Shown: positions 11,324 through 20,617 of the stretch, piece after piece
Numbering within the stretch: the stretch's first letter is position 1
Layout of the letters: each line of letters begins with the position of its first letter
Source of the DNA: Thermoplasmata archaeon
GTDB lineage: Archaea; Thermoplasmatota; Thermoplasmata; Thermoplasmatales; GCA-001856825
Length of the DNA: 64,000 nt
Direction of reading: 5' to 3'
Assembly (NCBI GenBank): GCA_021792255.1
Contig: JAJYUZ010000003.1
Location: forward strand, 224,001 to 288,000
Position numbers and translations under genes: made by a program
The notes under the pieces: generated by a model
Database searches by the model: none
The model's input: only the letters and a program-made list of their open reading frames with translations
Told to the model about the DNA's origin: nothing

Positions 11324-11554
11324 TTAAGGTCCGCGTTTTAAAAGAAATTCTACTGCCCCTTGCTTTTCAGTAATTTCAATAATCTTGTTCCCTGTCTGTT
11401 TGGACCAAGCATCAAAGTCGGATTTCGCTGCGGGATCATCAACGATCACCCTGATTTCATCTCCGACTGCTATTTCCTTTATCGCCTTGGCCGTCTTAAT
11501 AATCGGCAGGGGACATTGCAAACCCTTAAAATCAAAAACTTTAGCGTTCATCAA
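11324..11554 (-). CDS. tusA: sulfur carrier TusA
   Basis: DFKGLQCPLPII (CPxP) and DDPAAxxD motifs. Confidence 0.9.
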   Translation of the reverse strand: MMNAKVFDFKGLQCPLPIIKTAKAIKEIAVGDEIRVIVDDPAAKSDFDAWSKQTGNKIIEITEKQGAVEFLLKRGP

Positions 11555-11582
11555 ATTTCAATCTACACTTGATATTAATAAC

Positions 11583-11606
11583 TTTCCCTTGAAATATTAA
11601 GGGAAA
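11583..11606. promoter_or_regulatory. inverted repeat, candidate operator of the tusA-dsrAB operon
   Basis: TTTCCCTT-N8-AAGGGAAA, within 30-55 nt of the tusA start and overlapping AT-rich TATA-like sequence. Confidence 0.4.
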
Positions 11607-11998
11607 ATTAAATCCACGTTGATAATGGATGGTAGTAACGGTGCCACTGTGACATCCTCAGAATGCCTTCCTTCGTCTTGAATCTGTGCTTTAGCAACCA
11701 TGACATTGCAGAAAGTCACTTCTACCCCTAAGGATCAATAGAAACGGCAGGGAAGTTCATATCATTTGGTGTGTAGGATGTTTCACCAGTAAAATCGTTC
11801 AAGTTGGTTGTGATGATTCTATTCTTGACGAATGTGTATCTGTGAATCTTCACATTACATTTCCTTTCATGTATATTTCATGCTTTCCCACATTATTTCT
11901 GGGAATGTTCAAAACCTACTGAACGATACAAATTCAACTTATGCTTGACATTCTCTATTCAGCAAAAGGTTCTTATAAGGGCTAAGCGTAGTATTAAC

Positions 11999-12433
11999 AT
12001 GAGTGAAGAAACTCCTTCAAAGAAAAACAAATTGGTAATAGTTTTAAGCAAAGGGACGCTGGATGCTGCATACCCAGCCCTGATAATAGCCACATCCGGC
12101 GTTTCTCTGGGGATGGAAGTTTACATGTACTTCACCTTTGGTGGAATGAAATTTCTTACAAAGGGACAGAGCGATACTGCCGAGCCCTCAAAAGATCTCG
12201 GTCTCTCAAAAGAAGAGTTGAAAAATTTGATTTCACAAGGAGGAATGCCATCTGTTCAAGATATGCTGAAAATGGCAGTCGAGATGGGAGTCCACATTAA
12301 TGCGTGCTCCCCGACTATGAAATTGTTCGGTACTACCCAAGAGAATTTGACACTGAAAGAAGCTGACGTTGTTGGGGCATCAACTTTCCTAGGATGGGCA
12401 TCGGATCCTTCTGCTATAACGCTGTTCATATGA
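11999..12433 (+). CDS. DsrE/DsrF-like (DsrE2-type) sulfurtransferase
   Basis: GTLDAAYPALIIA...EVYMYFTFGG and ACSPTM...VGASTFL; ATG at 11999 preferred over the TTG at 11945. Confidence 0.8.
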   Translation: MSEETPSKKNKLVIVLSKGTLDAAYPALIIATSGVSLGMEVYMYFTFGGMKFLTKGQSDTAEPSKDLGLSKEELKNLISQGGMPSVQDMLKMAVEMGVHINACSPTMKLFGTTQENLTLKEADVVGASTFLGWASDPSAITLFI

Positions 12434-12484
12434 TATAACTAAAATTTGGTAACGATGGTCAATAACAATTAGGGAGGAAAGAAC

Positions 12485-12847
12485 GTGGAAGAAAATAGAA
12501 AGAAGATAGCTTTTTTCTGCACGATTTCTCCAGGAGATACAGCTAGGCTAGATACGATGCTTGGGTATGCGGCTGCAGGGATAGCGATGAACTATGAAAT
12601 TAAAATATTCCTAGCTCTTGATTCCGCACTCGTGGTGAAAAAAATGATATTTGAGAAGCTTGATACCAAAATAAAAGGACGGATAACGGACTCTATAAAA
12701 GAAGGAGCGGATATAGGTGTTTGTTCTGCCTCTGCAAAAACATTCGGGATCGGAGAAACTGACCTGATAGAGGGAGTTAAAATAGAAGGGATAGCCTCAT
12801 TCTACTACTATGCAGAAAACGCTGATATAGTGCTTTCCTGGAACTAG
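12485..12847 (+). CDS. DsrE-family protein
   Basis: DsrE-like pattern AxAMNYEIKIFLALD...GVCSAS...ADIVLSW; SD GGAGG upstream. Confidence 0.75.
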   Translation: MEENRKKIAFFCTISPGDTARLDTMLGYAAAGIAMNYEIKIFLALDSALVVKKMIFEKLDTKIKGRITDSIKEGADIGVCSASAKTFGIGETDLIEGVKIEGIASFYYYAENADIVLSWN

Positions 12848-13114
12848 GAAACCTTTCCTCTTACTGACAGTGATGCCCCCTACAGTGGGCACACTCCTTT
12901 CTTCTTCAGACAGCTTTACAGTAAAAATCTAATGGAGTTTCCGTCGTATCGGGGTGTTAGCATTCCAATGAAATTGAACGACTGATCATCAACAGCCCAT
13001 GGCCGATAGAGGTCAGTAGCACTCTGGGAAACGATATCGCATTTTATTTGTCATAAAATCCAAGTCTAACTTATGTTAGTAAAATGTCCTGGACAATTAC
13101 ACAGGACTATTTTT

Positions 13115-14497
13115 CTAAGGTTTTTTCACAGCAAATTTTTGGGAGATAGTTTTGACAAAGTCGTGGACTGCTGGGTGAAGATGTGCATATTGAGCGAAAG
13201 TATTCTTCACCTGTATCCCATCAAACTTACCTTCTATTCCAGTTCCTTTTTCGTGTAAAAGATTGAATTCATATTTTTCCTTCAGAGAAATTTTCGAATA
13301 ATGAAATTCATGCCCTTTCAGTATGTCGCCTTTGTCCGAAATCAGGTTGTCTTTTAAAACGCTCGCAATTGAATAACCATGCGCAACAGGTTGATCATTC
13401 ATCAGAGTCCTTCCATTTATTAGTCCAACAAGATCGTATTCCTCACCATTGAAAGTGACAGAATTCGTTAGGTAAATGAGACCACCGCATTCTGCATATA
13501 TGATGCCCCCATTGTCGCCAAAAGACCACACGGAGTTGCGAAAACTTTTGTTTTTTTCAAGATGCTGAGCGTAGACTTCTGGGAAACCGCCTCCTATGAT
13601 CAACACATCCAAATTAGGCAATTCATTATCTTTTTCGGGATCGATGAACCTTACAGTCCCATAAAGACTTGCCTTTTCAATAGTTTCTGGGTAGTAGAAA
13701 GTGAAGGATTTCCCACCCATTATTCCAAATTTCAAGTTAGACCTAGTCATCGATTTTTTTTCTGACCCACCTACCCACACATCAATGTCCTCTGACTCGC
13801 TTTTGGCAAGTTTCATTATTCTGTTTGTCTGAAACGATTCAGCTGGTAGTTTATCTAGTATGGTTTGAAAGTCGTAAGATGGGCCCTTCTCGGTAACAGG
13901 TTGTAATCCGAGATGCCTATAGTGGAAGATGTCTGTGATATCTCTGTTTCTGTATATAACTCCGAGGACGGGTACGCCTTCTTCCTCTATCACTTCCCTC
14001 ATCTTGTCATACTGACGTGGAATTATATTTGTCAGGACTACCCCTATGATCTTCACCTTATGGTCAAATTGGATTAGTCCTCTGAGAATTGCACCTGCTG
14101 TCCTATTTATTCTCTCCCCATCAATCACTAGTAAGATCGGGGCTCCCAGAAGCTTGGCCAACTGTGCCGTACTTCCGGTTTCGCTTATACCATCGATGCT
14201 GTCGTATAATCCGTGATTTCCTTCAATCAAGGCTATGTCGGACCCCTTTGATTGCTGGTAGAATAATTTTGTAACTGTATCTCCCATAAGGAAAAAATCA
14301 AGGTTTCTTGAATATTTGCCGCTTGCAGCTTTATGATAGGTAGGGTCGATAAAATCCGGTCCGTTTTTGAATGCGCTGACTTTGTAACCTTCCTTGGAAA
14401 GAGTTTTTAAGAGAGAGACAGTGACGAGAGTTTTTCCAGTTTTTCCCTTGATAGAGGTGATAACGATCCTTGGTACGGTTATTTTTTTTCTAATAAT
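13115..14497 (-). CDS. dsrN: cobyrinate a,c-diamide synthase homologue (DsrN/CbiA, probable siroheme amidase); probable non-AUG start
   Basis: Frame continues upstream of 14287 with PRIVITSIKGKTGKT and FKNGPDFIDPTYH; also IEGNHGLYD, YAECGG and GHEFH; start position approximate. Confidence 0.8.
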   Translation of the reverse strand: MIRKKITVPRIVITSIKGKTGKTLVTVSLLKTLSKEGYKVSAFKNGPDFIDPTYHKAASGKYSRNLDFFLMGDTVTKLFYQQSKGSDIALIEGNHGLYDSIDGISETGSTAQLAKLLGAPILLVIDGERINRTAGAILRGLIQFDHKVKIIGVVLTNIIPRQYDKMREVIEEEGVPVLGVIYRNRDITDIFHYRHLGLQPVTEKGPSYDFQTILDKLPAESFQTNRIMKLAKSESEDIDVWVGGSEKKSMTRSNLKFGIMGGKSFTFYYPETIEKASLYGTVRFIDPEKDNELPNLDVLIIGGGFPEVYAQHLEKNKSFRNSVWSFGDNGGIIYAECGGLIYLTNSVTFNGEEYDLVGLINGRTLMNDQPVAHGYSIASVLKDNLISDKGDILKGHEFHYSKISLKEKYEFNLLHEKGTGIEGKFDGIQVKNTFAQYAHLHPAVHDFVKTISQKFAVKKP

Positions 14498-14681
14498 GGT
14501 TATTTTACCCCATCCCCGATGCTATTTTTCACTCTGCAGCGAATTTTCAATAAAGACCTCGAAGGAACGTTTCAACGACCTGTCTAATTTAGCCTGAGGA
14601 ACAGTAGTACATGGGAATCCACAGTATCGCGGCGGTCTCCACGTGTTTAACTCCTTAACAAATTAAACGGTTCGAAGAGTA

Positions 14682-15020
14682 TTAGACGCACCCAGTCGGT
14701 TTGGGAGCCCCTGCTACTTTACAGGCGCCATGGGCAGGGCCATCGGGAAAAAGTTCGAACATTTTTTCAAGTGTGATTCCGGTCTTTTTGACAATCATTT
14801 TGATTGGCGGGCAGACTCCAAAGGTTCCCCAGTACTCTCTCAAATACCGAATGAGTACCCAGTGCTCTTCGGTCATATCTGGAACTCCTGCTTGCTCTTT
14901 TGCAATCTTTTTGGCTATTTCTTCATTCCAAATTTCCGGACTTTGCATGAATCCATCCTCGTCAAACAGGACTTTTACCCCGTTGACCTCAAACGACTCA
15001 GATTTTTCATCCGTTGTCAT
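14682..15020 (-). CDS. dsrC: DsrC sulfur carrier
   Basis: DEDGF, MTEEHW, ELFPDGP and C-terminal CKVAGAPKPTGCV (C-X10-C, both conserved Cys). Confidence 0.92.
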   Translation of the reverse strand: MTTDEKSESFEVNGVKVLFDEDGFMQSPEIWNEEIAKKIAKEQAGVPDMTEEHWVLIRYLREYWGTFGVCPPIKMIVKKTGITLEKMFELFPDGPAHGACKVAGAPKPTGCV

Positions 15021-15313
15021 ATTTATCGATTTGTACAATTTGATATTGTTTAAATAAATTGTGCGTGACTTTACATGATTCAATACTGATTGCCGGTAGT
15101 ATTGCATTATACGATGTCTGTGGTACATTGGGACCGTTGTACCTATGTCTGTTCTATCGGATTCATTTTCTTCAGATAATAACCAAGGGTGAAATTTCCC
15201 AGACCAGACATAATCTAATATTTCGAGAATAATACTGCCTGTTAAACGATGCAATAGACAGCGTGAGGAACGTGAGAATTTTTCTAGGGCAGAATAGTTT
15301 GGATTTGGTGCGA

Positions 15314-15386
15314 CGCCCCGAACGGGATTTGAACCCGTGTCACGAGCTCGACAGACTCGTATGATAGGCCACTACACTATCGGGGC
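15314..15386 (-). tRNA. tRNA-Asp(GTC)
   Basis: GCCCCGATAGTGTAGTGGCCTATCATACGAGTCTGTCGAGCTCGTGACACGGGTTCAAATCCCGTTCGGGGCG forms a cloverleaf. Confidence 0.95.
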
Positions 15387-15407
15387 TTTCCGTCGTATTG
15401 TCTGAGT

Positions 15408-15845
15408 TTATTTAACACTTTCTTGTGGATGGGTGAGTGGGAACAATCTCCTCAGTGCTTCTATCTCTCCCTTTAATATATGAATTGCGGCGAAGCGCGT
15501 AAAGGGATACCACAGCCCCTTCATTTTCAGATCCATCCTTATTACGACCTTTTTGTCAAAAACCTGAAAGACTTGATAGCCCTTTATGGGACCATCTCCA
15601 TACTTAATCAGTATGGACAGATCCTCCTTCCTTCGACCGATCCATTCTGTCTGTCTCTTGTTCCTAAAAGCCAGTACGGACTCCCTGTTGTTTTGATCTA
15701 TCCTCTTGATTGCAAGGTGCCCTCTCCAAATTTCGGTGTCGTCGATGCTTTCGATCAATTTCTGGAAGGCATCCTCGGGTTGTTCGATTAAAGGAAATTC
15801 GTAGTAGACACGCACCAAGTTGGATTGATTTCTGAAATATAACAT
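15408..15845 (-). CDS. hypothetical protein, possibly SRPBCC/START-like
   Basis: 145 aa; YGDGPIKG and C-terminal HILKGEIEALRRL helix resemble SRPBCC proteins. Confidence 0.45.
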   Translation of the reverse strand: MLYFRNQSNLVRVYYEFPLIEQPEDAFQKLIESIDDTEIWRGHLAIKRIDQNNRESVLAFRNKRQTEWIGRRKEDLSILIKYGDGPIKGYQVFQVFDKKVVIRMDLKMKGLWYPFTRFAAIHILKGEIEALRRLFPLTHPQESVK

Positions 15846-15925
15846 TTTAAATCATGATATAGTTTCTAAGCTTTTCTTCCCTTTCGTTTTGGAGCTAAAG
15901 GATTAATTGTCTGTTCAGATAATGT

Positions 15926-16912
15926 GTGATGGTTGGTCTATTCGATGAGAACGGAACAAACAAGATCGGGTTAGGGACGTGGCAACTCGGGCTTAAGGGG
16001 TGGGGAAGAGACTATGAAGAGAGTGAGCTCGTCGAGGGCCTAAAGTTTGGAATTAATAATGGACTGAACTTCGTCGATACCGCAGAAATATATGGAATGG
16101 GAAAATCCGAGAGTCTCGTCGGAGAAGTTGTAAGTGAGTTCGAAAGAAAACAGCTTTTCATCGCCACAAAACTTGCAGGCTTTAACGCAACCAAGGGAAG
16201 AGTGCGCAAAAGCCTAACAAACAGTCTGAAAAGACTGAGAATGGACTATTTGGATCTCTACCAGGTCCACTGGGAACCCAGTCTATACACGAACCTGACG
16301 GATCTATTCAGGGAACTCGAGGAGGTAGCAAAAGAAGGCTTGATCAATCATATCGGAGTATCTAATTTTAGTGCCAAAAGCATAGAAAAAGCCAACGGTT
16401 CTATGAAAGAACTAAAGATTGAAAGCAATCAGATCAAGTTCAATCTGGTAGAGAGACCAAATTCAGAACTATTGAGTTTTATGAAAGCAAACGCAATTAA
16501 ACTTATAGCTTGGAGCCCTCTGGCTCAGGGATTTCTTTCTGGAAAATACTCTAGCGAGAGCAAACCATCTGGAAGCGTCAGGAAAATCAATAGACTATTC
16601 TCTCCATCCAGTTTTGAAAGATTTGGCCCTTTGCTTTCAGAACTGCGCAGAATATCAGATGAGAGGAAACTTAGTCCGATTCAGCTGGTTCTGGCCTACG
16701 AAAAACATATTGGTATCCTTCCTATCCCCGGATTCAAGAACGTAAAACAGGTGAAGGACTTGGTCTCTGCTAATTCTCTGGAGCTATCAGAACAAGAAGT
16801 CTTTTCAATTGACTCGGCTCTTCAAAAAAGCGGAGTTTTGGAAACGTCAATAGGTTTCTATCCAAGAATACTTCCAAATTTCATCGCAAGATTGGGGTTT
16901 CTGCTGATCTAG
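15926..16912 (+). CDS. aldo/keto reductase
   Basis: GLGTWQ, DTAEIYG, IATK, DLYQVHW, IGVSNF, AWSPLAQG. Confidence 0.92.
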   Translation: MMVGLFDENGTNKIGLGTWQLGLKGWGRDYEESELVEGLKFGINNGLNFVDTAEIYGMGKSESLVGEVVSEFERKQLFIATKLAGFNATKGRVRKSLTNSLKRLRMDYLDLYQVHWEPSLYTNLTDLFRELEEVAKEGLINHIGVSNFSAKSIEKANGSMKELKIESNQIKFNLVERPNSELLSFMKANAIKLIAWSPLAQGFLSGKYSSESKPSGSVRKINRLFSPSSFERFGPLLSELRRISDERKLSPIQLVLAYEKHIGILPIPGFKNVKQVKDLVSANSLELSEQEVFSIDSALQKSGVLETSIGFYPRILPNFIARLGFLLI

Positions 16913-16971
16913 TATAGACAAATGTCGAATGATAATGTCGGCAAAGGCTAAATAACCGATGAAATTCTGAG

Positions 16972-18027
16972 ATGATTGTAATGAGTTCAATAGTGTCCTA
17001 TGGATCTTACGTTCCGAGGTTCCGAATCAAGTCCGAGGAGATCGCAAAAGAGTGGGGAGAGATTCCTGAAAACATCAAGAATGGACTCTTTATCTTCAGC
17101 AAATCCGTTCCGGGACCTGACGAGGATGTCCTAACTATTTCAGCAGAGGCTGCAAAGAATGCACTCAAAAGGGTTGACCTTGATAAGAACAAAATAGGCG
17201 CAATATACGTTGGTTCTGAAAGTCATCCATACGCCGTAAAGCCTACGTCGTCAATTCTCGTTGAAGCTCTTGGCTTATCTTACGATATCCATTCTGCAGA
17301 CTACGAGTTTGCGTGCAAAGCGGGAACCGCCGCAATGCAAAATGTAATGTCTATGGTCGACAGCGGGCAGATCGAGAATGGAATCGCAATTGGGGCTGAC
17401 ACTTCCCAGGGAGCACCGGGAGATGCACTTGAATACTCCGCGTCCGCAGGTGGAACAGCGATTTTGATCGGAAAGAATGGTTTTGCGGACTTCAATGCTA
17501 CTCTTTCGTTCACAACAGATACACCAGATTTCTGGAGGAGGGAGGGGGAGAAGTACCCGAGCCATGGGGGTAGATTCACTGGAGAACCTGCATACTTCAA
17601 GCACGTTCTTACCGGTGCAAAGAAAATGATGGAAAGGCAATCGACGAAACCAGAAGATTACGATTACGCAGTGTTCCACCAACCCAACGGTAAATTTCCA
17701 ACGAGGGCAGCAAAAATGCTCGGCTTTAAGGATGAACAGGTAAAAGATGGTCTGCTCACTCCATACATAGGCAACACGTATTCCAGTTCAATGATCATTG
17801 GTCTGTCAGCAATCCTGGACAAGGCAGAGAGCGGAGACAGGATACTCGCCGTTGCGTTTGGTAGCGGAGCAGGCTCGGATGTTTTCGATCTGACTGTCAA
17901 CGATCACATCAAAACCCTGAAAAGAGAGAAGGCTCCGGGAGTGATGGAGCAAGTCAACAAGCAGATATGGATAGACTACGCTACTTACGTTAAATACAGG
18001 GGCAAGATAATTATGAGGGGGGCGTGA
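16972..18027 (+). CDS. archaeal hydroxymethylglutaryl-CoA synthase
   Basis: [41 protein letters not shown]. Confidence 0.95.
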   Translation: MIVMSSIVSYGSYVPRFRIKSEEIAKEWGEIPENIKNGLFIFSKSVPGPDEDVLTISAEAAKNALKRVDLDKNKIGAIYVGSESHPYAVKPTSSILVEALGLSYDIHSADYEFACKAGTAAMQNVMSMVDSGQIENGIAIGADTSQGAPGDALEYSASAGGTAILIGKNGFADFNATLSFTTDTPDFWRREGEKYPSHGGRFTGEPAYFKHVLTGAKKMMERQSTKPEDYDYAVFHQPNGKFPTRAAKMLGFKDEQVKDGLLTPYIGNTYSSSMIIGLSAILDKAESGDRILAVAFGSGAGSDVFDLTVNDHIKTLKREKAPGVMEQVNKQIWIDYATYVKYRGKIIMRGA

Positions 18028-18031
18028 TCCA

Positions 18032-19189
18032 ATGAGGGACGTTTACATTCTCGGGGTAGGTACGACAAAATTCGGAGAACTGTGGGATTCAAGTTTAAGG
18101 GAGCTAGCATCCGAGGCGGGTCTGAAGGCAATTGTGGATGCAGGAATCTATGCGGAAGATGTTGATGCTCTGTATGGCGCAAATACGAGTGGAGGTCAGT
18201 TTGTTGATCAGGAACAGATAGCTGCCCTGATTGCTGACTATTCTGGGATAACCGAGCTCAATATCCCTTCGATAAGGGTAGAGGCAGGATCGGCGAGTGG
18301 GGGGGCTGCGTTGATGCAGGCTTATCTGGCAGTAAAGTCCGGTCAATACGACACAGTAGTTGTCGGGGGTGTGGAAAAGATGACCGATGTCCCTTCCGAG
18401 GTCGCGAACGAAATAATTGGAGGATCGCTGGACGCAGAGTGGGAAACATTCTTCGGTGCTACTGAGTGTTCAATTGCAGCCATGATAGCCAGAAGACACG
18501 AGTACGAGGGAGCAGCAAAAAGGGAAAACTACGCAGTGTTTCCCGTGATATCGCACAAACACGCATCAATGAACGATACATCCCATTTCAAGAGTGTTAT
18601 CAAGATTGAGGATGTAATAAGAGCTTCACCGGTCGCTGAACCGCTCACGGTCTTCGACAATGCACCCATTAGCGATGGAGCATCTGCACTGGTAATATCT
18701 GCCGACACTAAGAAGATCAAAGGAGTCGCACGACCCATAAAGATAAAGTCGAGCTCGGCTGCGAACGATTTTCTATCCCTTCACGACAGAAAATCTATCG
18801 ATTCATTCAGGGCCGTTAAGAAAAGCACAAGCAATGCTCTGAAGTTAGCGGGTCTTGATGTCGGAAAGATCGATGGGTTCGAGATCCACGACTCTTACAG
18901 CATTGCAGCACTCATCCAGATGGAAGAGATTCTAGGAAAAGCGGCAGTGAAGATGACAGAGGGAAATGAATTCTACTACAATTCTTCTCATCCCGTCAAC
19001 GTCTCAGGGGGTCTTAAGGCCCACGGAAATCCACTCGGGACCAGTGGACTGTACCAAGCAGTCGAGGCGACGTTGCAGCTCAGAGAAAAGGCAGGGCAAC
19101 GTCAGGTAAAATCACCGAGCAATTTTCTCATACACAATATGGGTGGTCTCGGGACGACTTCCGTTTCGACTGTAATAGGAGTTGATTAA
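18032..19189 (+). CDS. acetoacetyl-CoA thiolase homologue with substituted catalytic residues
   Basis: Thiolase fold motifs GVEKMTD, PISDGASA and NVSGGLKA; positioned between HMGS and DUF35. Confidence 0.85.
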   Translation: MRDVYILGVGTTKFGELWDSSLRELASEAGLKAIVDAGIYAEDVDALYGANTSGGQFVDQEQIAALIADYSGITELNIPSIRVEAGSASGGAALMQAYLAVKSGQYDTVVVGGVEKMTDVPSEVANEIIGGSLDAEWETFFGATECSIAAMIARRHEYEGAAKRENYAVFPVISHKHASMNDTSHFKSVIKIEDVIRASPVAEPLTVFDNAPISDGASALVISADTKKIKGVARPIKIKSSSAANDFLSLHDRKSIDSFRAVKKSTSNALKLAGLDVGKIDGFEIHDSYSIAALIQMEEILGKAAVKMTEGNEFYYNSSHPVNVSGGLKAHGNPLGTSGLYQAVEATLQLREKAGQRQVKSPSNFLIHNMGGLGTTSVSTVIGVD

Positions 19190-19595
19190 ATTGAGCGAAG
19201 TACCGAGGTTTTGGAGAGAGTCGAGGCACAGGTACAGATTAGTTGGAACTAGGTGCCTAAACTGCAATACACTATATTTCCCCCCGAGGGTAATATGCCC
19301 ATCTTGCAGAAGAGAATCTGTGGGAAAAATGAAGGAGGAAGAGATGTCTGGAGCGGGGGAAGTATTTTCCTTCACCGTCGTTCACGATGGATTAGAGCAG
19401 TTCAAGATGCAGATTCCGTACATTATGGCATTGATCAAGATGAAAGAAGGTCCGTTTGTAACTGGACAGATCGTCGACTGTTCTCCCGATGACGTCAAGA
19501 TTGGGACCAAGGTCTCGGCCACACTGAGGAAAGTGAGGTCAGAGGGGAAAGAGGGCATAATACAGTACGGGTATAAGTTCACCGTTTCTCCCTGA
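19182..19595 (+). CDS. DUF35 Zn-ribbon/OB-fold scaffold of the thiolase-HMGS complex
   Basis: CLNC...FPPRVICPSC and YGYKF. Confidence 0.92.
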   Translation: MIKLSEVPRFWRESRHRYRLVGTRCLNCNTLYFPPRVICPSCRRESVGKMKEEEMSGAGEVFSFTVVHDGLEQFKMQIPYIMALIKMKEGPFVTGQIVDCSPDDVKIGTKVSATLRKVRSEGKEGIIQYGYKFTVSP

Positions 19596-19691
19596 TTGAG
19601 TTACGTCGGGCTGACTGCGTTTTCTATCCTTGGATCGTATTACCTTTATCCCTGCTCACCAGAAGCTAACTGGCTGTCATTTTTGCGTTAC

Positions 19692-20510
19692 TCAGGCCTT
19701 CACCGTTACTATCTCTACGTAAAAATACAGAGTCTTTCCTACGAGGTAGGAGTTATCGTTTATGCAGTAGTAGCTGCCAGTTACGGCGCTAATATAAGAA
19801 CCGGAGTTTAGTATAGTGCCGTTCACAACGTTGGTGTAATAGTCGATAGTAGTGTTGTTTCCACTTCCCGTAATATTCTGAGTCACAATACTGAATCCCT
19901 TGGTCGTTTCATATGGGTAGTACTGCCCACCGACGACCGGTTCGTTTTCAATTTGTGCATACCATCCATTGAAGCTCAGCACGTGAACGCTCCATCCATA
20001 AATAGGGCTGGTTAATGTTTCTCCAGCATTGGGAAACACTCCGAACTCGGCTCTGAATGCGCTATAGTTGAGTAGCTGGTAGGCCGGAACACTTCCGTTG
20101 ATACTGTGCCTGTGAATCAGGCTGGTATTCTCTAGACCGTACCCTTGAGACGGCTGGATCGTTATGATCCCAGATTCTCCCTTTGCCATACCGACCAGCC
20201 CGCTGTCAAATCCCTTTATCATGGATCCGGAACCAACGGTGTCGTTGAGGACTTTGAACGGAGGGTGATAGCTGAAATCAGGAGCCTTGATGTAAGTCGT
20301 GTTGTTGTTGGCCACGTTCGCTATGTTTGTGTCGAAGATCAACGGATTGCCATCCACGACTATATACCCGTAATACCAGAGCGTGACGTTATCTCCTTGT
20401 TTAATAACAGTTAGCTTGGGCTGGAGATAATAGTGGTACGCCCCGTATGATGCCACTGGGACTATAATCACCAGTGCAATCAACAGTATTATCAGGGTCC
20501 TGAACTGCAT
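19692..20510 (-). CDS. membrane-anchored FKBP-type peptidyl-prolyl isomerase
   Basis: N-terminal TM; FDTN, VGSGSMIKGF, PSQGYG, LVGKTLYF; NxT sequons. Confidence 0.8.
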   Translation of the reverse strand: MQFRTLIILLIALVIIVPVASYGAYHYYLQPKLTVIKQGDNVTLWYYGYIVVDGNPLIFDTNIANVANNNTTYIKAPDFSYHPPFKVLNDTVGSGSMIKGFDSGLVGMAKGESGIITIQPSQGYGLENTSLIHRHSINGSVPAYQLLNYSAFRAEFGVFPNAGETLTSPIYGWSVHVLSFNGWYAQIENEPVVGGQYYPYETTKGFSIVTQNITGSGNNTTIDYYTNVVNGTILNSGSYISAVTGSYYCINDNSYLVGKTLYFYVEIVTVKA

Positions 20511-20617
20511 TTACCCTGCAACAGTATCACAAATAAAAAACTACTCATTTATTTAAGTAATTAGAAATTCAAATTGCTGCGACACAAAGCATTTTTTATT
20601 AAGAGCGCTTCAGCCCG

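Noticed and set aside
11597-11760. Minus-strand fragment SLGVEVTFC...DLIFP* resembling a third DsrE
   Set aside because: Short, preceded by a stop, and the similarity is too weak to call without a search
5279-14497. cobA/cbiA read as a cobalamin biosynthesis operon
   Set aside because: No other cob/cbi genes present; context fits siroheme synthesis and amidation for DsrAB
15021-15254. 78-aa N-terminal extension of DsrC in the ORF track
   Set aside because: AT-rich promoter-like sequence with a TATA box; the DsrC domain starts at ATG 15020
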